From an uncultured bacterium (GTDB lineage Bacteria; Patescibacteriota; Microgenomatia; UBA1400; PJMF01), in NCBI GenBank assembly GCA_903842795.1, contig CAIMNJ010000013.1, forward strand, positions 69,302 through 133,301: DNA of 64,000 nt, read 5' to 3'. The translations under genes were made by a program, and so were the position numbers. Below the pieces are notes generated by a model. It did not search any database, was not told the origin of the DNA, and saw only the letters and a list, made by a program, of their open reading frames with translations. Positions 60,885-64,000 of this stretch are shown here, in pieces; the stretch's first letter is position 1, and the number at the start of each line of letters is the position of its first letter.

Positions 60885-61098
60885 ATGCTTCTTGTTTGAA
60901 ATATTTTGAGTGGTCAAAGCGACGACTCATATAAAATTTTTCAAACATTTTTAAACGCACGTTAACATGGGAAATATAGTCTAGCTAGTTCATTGATAGC
61001 TCCGACTTGTGGTGGATCATCCACCCCAGATCGGAGCTATTGTTTCTCCTTTCGGGGAGTAAATGAACATGCTTACACTAGTAATTAGGAGAAGTACG

Positions 61099-61374
61099 AT
61101 GAAAACTGCAGATTTGGAACTCTATCTTGATACCCTGTTGACCGGTGTCGAAACCGGCAATATGGAGGCGCTCCTGGAAAAAGTCCAGGCAGTCACCGCC
61201 AATGAGCACCCCAGTGATCATGAGTATGTTGAGAACCCCGACCTGCCGGGCACTTGCTTGCATTGCGGATGGATTGAGGCTGACACCCAATCCTCATGCG
61301 GATGCCCCAAGAACCTGCGCCAGCCCTCCGAAAGTCACTTTCCCATGTTAACGGCTTTCTTTAATTTATTATAA
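61099..61374 (+). CDS. Cassette E ORF: GC-rich Cys/His-containing hypothetical protein
   Basis: SD TAGGAG before ATG at 61099; H..H...CLHC...CGC. Confidence 0.6.
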   Translation: MKTADLELYLDTLLTGVETGNMEALLEKVQAVTANEHPSDHEYVENPDLPGTCLHCGWIEADTQSSCGCPKNLRQPSESHFPMLTAFFNLL

Positions 61375-61426
61375 ATTTATCCTATAACATTGACATTTTC
61401 TAATTATAAATATATAATAAGCACTC

Positions 61427-62116
61427 ATGAAAACTAATATGAAAAAAATCGCTTCTTATTTTTTGATCATTACTGGTCTATTTTTGTTTTTTACCAATTT
61501 GGTTGATGCCAAAGAATGTACTACTGTTTACGGTGGTGGCGAAGTTTGCGAAACTGGCGAATTGAGTTTGGACAAAAAAGTTTTTAATCCTAAAGCCAAT
61601 GAATATTGGGATAATATTGATAGCAAAGACTATACTTTTGCTCCCAATGAGGAAGTAAAATTTAGCCTTCGTATCAAGAATATTTCTAATATTAAGGTCG
61701 ATAGTGCTCGCATTAATGATGATTTTGATCGTCTTGATGATTATATGGTTTTTGTCGGTAGTGACAAAGGTGACTATCGTGCTGAGGTAACTGACCACAA
61801 AGTCAAATTTGAATTTGGTGGTCTTGAACCTGGTGCCGAAGCTACTGTTTATTTTGTAGCTCGCTTCAAGCTTGAAAATCAATTGCCAGTTGGTACTACT
61901 TGTATTACCAATGCCGCTCACGCTTATTCTCATATTGATGCTGCCAGCGATAGTGATTTTGCTACCTTTTGTGTCAAAGCTAATAATGGCAAAATTGTTA
62001 CCACCAAAACTCCAGACACTGGTTTTGCTTTAAGTAACATTTTAGTGATTGAGGCTTTAGCTTTTGCTGGTCTCGGTTCTATTGCTTGGATCAAAGCTAA
62101 ATCTTTGACCAAATAA
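61427..62116 (+). CDS. Secreted DUF11-like protein with sortase-type sorting signal (TPDTG)
   Basis: Signal peptide, LDKKV/APNEEV.F DUF11-like segment, TPDTG-TM-KAK; promoter TTGACA-17-TATAAT. Confidence 0.78.
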   Translation: MKTNMKKIASYFLIITGLFLFFTNLVDAKECTTVYGGGEVCETGELSLDKKVFNPKANEYWDNIDSKDYTFAPNEEVKFSLRIKNISNIKVDSARINDDFDRLDDYMVFVGSDKGDYRAEVTDHKVKFEFGGLEPGAEATVYFVARFKLENQLPVGTTCITNAAHAYSHIDAASDSDFATFCVKANNGKIVTTKTPDTGFALSNILVIEALAFAGLGSIAWIKAKSLTK

Positions 62117-62138
62117 TTTTATTATTTATTGAATCTTT

Positions 62139-62170
62139 AACCCCGTCTCACAAGGACGGGGTTTTTGTTT
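62139..62170 (+). terminator. Rho-independent terminator
   Basis: AACCCCGTC/GACGGGGTT stem followed by T-tract. Confidence 0.85.
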
Positions 62171-62222
62171 GTTTTAAGAGTATTTACTTGAAGTGAATCT
62201 TGTGGTTTTTAGTCCTATAATC

Positions 62223-62251
62223 TTGACAAAAGAGACTATAAGTGCTATAAT
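62223..62251 (+). promoter_or_regulatory. Cassette F promoter (perfect consensus)
   Basis: TTGACA-17-TATAAT. Confidence 0.85.
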
Positions 62252-62590
62252 TTGACCTAGTTTAAAAATTAAAATCTTTTATGCAGTTCTCTGGTAGAGA
62301 ACAGGCTTTGGAATTTTTTGCTTTTTCCATTTTTGGATTGCAGCCTCTGAAGCCTTTTCTCTGCTCGAGAGAGCAGAATGGTATCTCTATGAGATATTGT
62401 CTCCAAGCGATAGCCGCTTGGTAGATGGTAATTAATCTCAAATGGGATGCAATTTAACAATTTGGAAGAGTATCGGCATTAAGTCCAGCTTTTTTGTCTG
62501 TCACTTTTTTGGTAGATAAAAAAGCTGGTCTTTAGTGCCGAAAGCGGCAAAAGACGAGTAATCTTAATCGCATGAAAGGAGAAAACTACC

Positions 62591-63172
62591 ATGCGTAAAT
62601 TCTTGTTCTTCGTAAGTCTGTTCGCCGTGATGAGCTTCGTGCTCGTCGCCTGTGGAGGCAATCAGCCGTCCACCTCTCCGCTCAGTGCCGAGGATCTGGT
62701 GGCAACGCTAACCGCGTATCCCACCAATACCTCTGTGCCCACCAGCACTCCGCTTCCTCCTACCAACACTCCGTTACCCACAGCGACATCTGTGCGCGAT
62801 ACCGGCATGCAGCTCAATACTGCGGCTGACATTCGCGTCCTTTTCGTCAAAGTGAACGGCTGGGTGAGCGGTGGCGAGGGTCAGTGGGTGGCTGGCGCTC
62901 AAGGCTCTTTGCGCAATGACCTTATCTTGAAGGACCTGCCCGAAGGGGCAACCTTTGAGTTTGAGTGTGTGCAATACCACACTCTTGGCGGCACCGTTGT
63001 CGTCAAAAAGGTCTGCCAGGGCGCAACCATCAGTTACAGCGAGATTATTCCCGCTGGATCAGTCGGCACGATGTGGCTCGATTGGTCGATTGCCCGCGAG
63101 GGTGATCAGCTGAAAGAGGGCTTTATCAATAAGCCCTGCGTCTGCCAATCTGGCGATTGCCGCAAACCGTAG
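62591..63172 (+). CDS. Cassette F ORF: GC-rich lipoprotein (lipobox LVAC) with Pro/Thr linker
   Basis: MRKFLFFVSLFAVMSFVLVAC; PTNTSVPTSTPLPPTNTPLPTAT; SD AAGGAG. Confidence 0.85.
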   Translation: MRKFLFFVSLFAVMSFVLVACGGNQPSTSPLSAEDLVATLTAYPTNTSVPTSTPLPPTNTPLPTATSVRDTGMQLNTAADIRVLFVKVNGWVSGGEGQWVAGAQGSLRNDLILKDLPEGATFEFECVQYHTLGGTVVVKKVCQGATISYSEIIPAGSVGTMWLDWSIAREGDQLKEGFINKPCVCQSGDCRKP

Positions 63173-63297
63173 TAATACGGCGCGCTGAGCTCTTCCTAAT
63201 TGTTGTCCAGCCCGGTCGAAGACCTGGCTGGCAACCCAAAGCTTTTGATTTTTAAATTATCTTCGAAATCTTTGAGTTGCCAAATTTCAAAAGAAAT

Positions 63298-64000
63298 ATG
63301 CAGAAAAATAACCTAAAAACTTTGCTAAAAAGTTTTAATAAGGCTAATACTATCTTAGTTATTTCCAAATACCCTTATCAAAATGTGGGAGAATCTTTTC
63401 ATGGCGTCGCTGTTTACACTAGAGATACTATTGAATTAATTGTCAAAAAAACTAAACAAAAATTTGTGGTTTTGGTGGAAAAAAAATATGGTCGTGAGAT
63501 GGAATTAAGAGCCAATGGTTCTGTTCTAATCTTGCCAGTTTTTGGCGATAATCCTGTTTCAGTTTTTGGTGAATTGTTAACTGCACTTAAGAATTTTAAT
63601 CGTGTCAAAAACATTCAATTACATTCTGAATTTTATAACTCTGGTAATTTGATGCAGATGTCTTTGCTTTTGCCTTTTTTGTATCTTTTGCGCTTGCAGG
63701 GCAAAATTGTGAGTTTTGTGGCGCATAATGTGGTTCATGATTTTTCTTTTTTGACTAATCATTTGGGCAAAGAAGAAAATGATTGGCGTTTTAATTTGTT
63801 ATCGAAGATTATTCCATGGTATTACCGCTTTTTATCTTTTGGGGTAGAGCAATTTATTACTTTGGATGAGAGTATTAGGGAGCGTTTGAGTTCTTATTTG
63901 TGGCAAAAAAATAAGGTCAAAAATACTTCTATTTGGTTAAAAAATAAATCAATTTCACATCAAGAAAAAGTAATCGCTCGTCGTCGTTTGGCTTTGAGTA
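63298..64000 (+). CDS. Glycosyltransferase (GT4-like), N-terminal part, runs off the window
   Basis: Open frame from ATG 63298: ILVISKYP...GVAVYT...LHSEF...VAHNV. Confidence 0.7.
   Translation, partial: MQKNNLKTLLKSFNKANTILVISKYPYQNVGESFHGVAVYTRDTIELIVKKTKQKFVVLVEKKYGREMELRANGSVLILPVFGDNPVSVFGELLTALKNFNRVKNIQLHSEFYNSGNLMQMSLLLPFLYLLRLQGKIVSFVAHNVVHDFSFLTNHLGKEENDWRFNLLSKIIPWYYRFLSFGVEQFITLDESIRERLSSYLWQKNKVKNTSIWLKNKSISHQEKVIARRRLALS

Noticed and set aside
60983-60997. AGCTAGTTCATTGAT as the boxA of cassette E
   Set aside because: GTTCATT pairs with AATGAAC at 61062-61068 as a leader stem and lies after the 5' arm; not counted as boxA.
62522-62534. AGCTGGTCTTTAG as the boxA of cassette F
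   Set aside because: It is part of the CCAGCTTTTTT/AAAAAAGCTGG hairpin and does not abut a long-range arm.
31346-63259. Cassettes as integron gene cassettes (attC)
   Set aside because: The inverted repeats enclose the ORF instead of forming a short downstream attC, each unit has its own promoter, and no intI is present.
31346-63259. Cassette arms as transposon TIRs or MITE ends
   Set aside because: Arms differ in sequence among cassettes, lie inside the promoter-terminator unit, and I saw no flanking TSDs.
1-64000. Alternative genetic code (UGA=Gly)
   Set aside because: Conserved genes are full length under code 11 and some end in TGA (for example 1531, 5270).
1-64000. Numerous short overlapping or antisense ORFs in the track (for example 451-873, 9139-9555, 53330-53845, 56883-57239, 61478-61933)
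   Set aside because: Shadow frames of well-supported genes with no motifs or start signals.

Overview
AT-rich bacterial chromosome segment. Gene content and style (mostly leaderless genes, tRNA-Arg(GCG), type IV pilin cluster, sortase, LCP protein) suggest a Patescibacteria/CPR genome, probably Microgenomates-like; this is an inference. Layout: (1) housekeeping block 1-12.5 kb (LCP protein, OmpR/HK pair, queA, RecD-like helicase, rluB, typA, rarA, tRNA-Arg(GCG), tRNA-Ser(CGA)). (2) A ~14 kb island next to tRNA-Ser with a large serine recombinase, a terminase-like module, a ParB-methyltransferase and a type I R-M system with fused M-S. (3) Small accessory genes and an AT-rich radical SAM / methyltransferase / phosphonopyruvate-decarboxylase-like cluster. 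(4) A sensor kinase/response regulator plus type IV pilus operon. (5) An IS1595 transposon with passenger genes and an 8-bp TSD. (6) A sortase and its substrate. The main discovery is six dispersed, sequence-unrelated short GC-rich genes, four of them lipoproteins and one missed by the ORF track. All six share one architecture: near-consensus sigma70 promoter, structured leader with an rRNA-type boxA-like motif, a long-range inverted repeat enclosing the ORF, a strong Shine-Dalgarno, and a terminator or U-tract. This resembles pre-rRNA processing stems wrapped around an mRNA.
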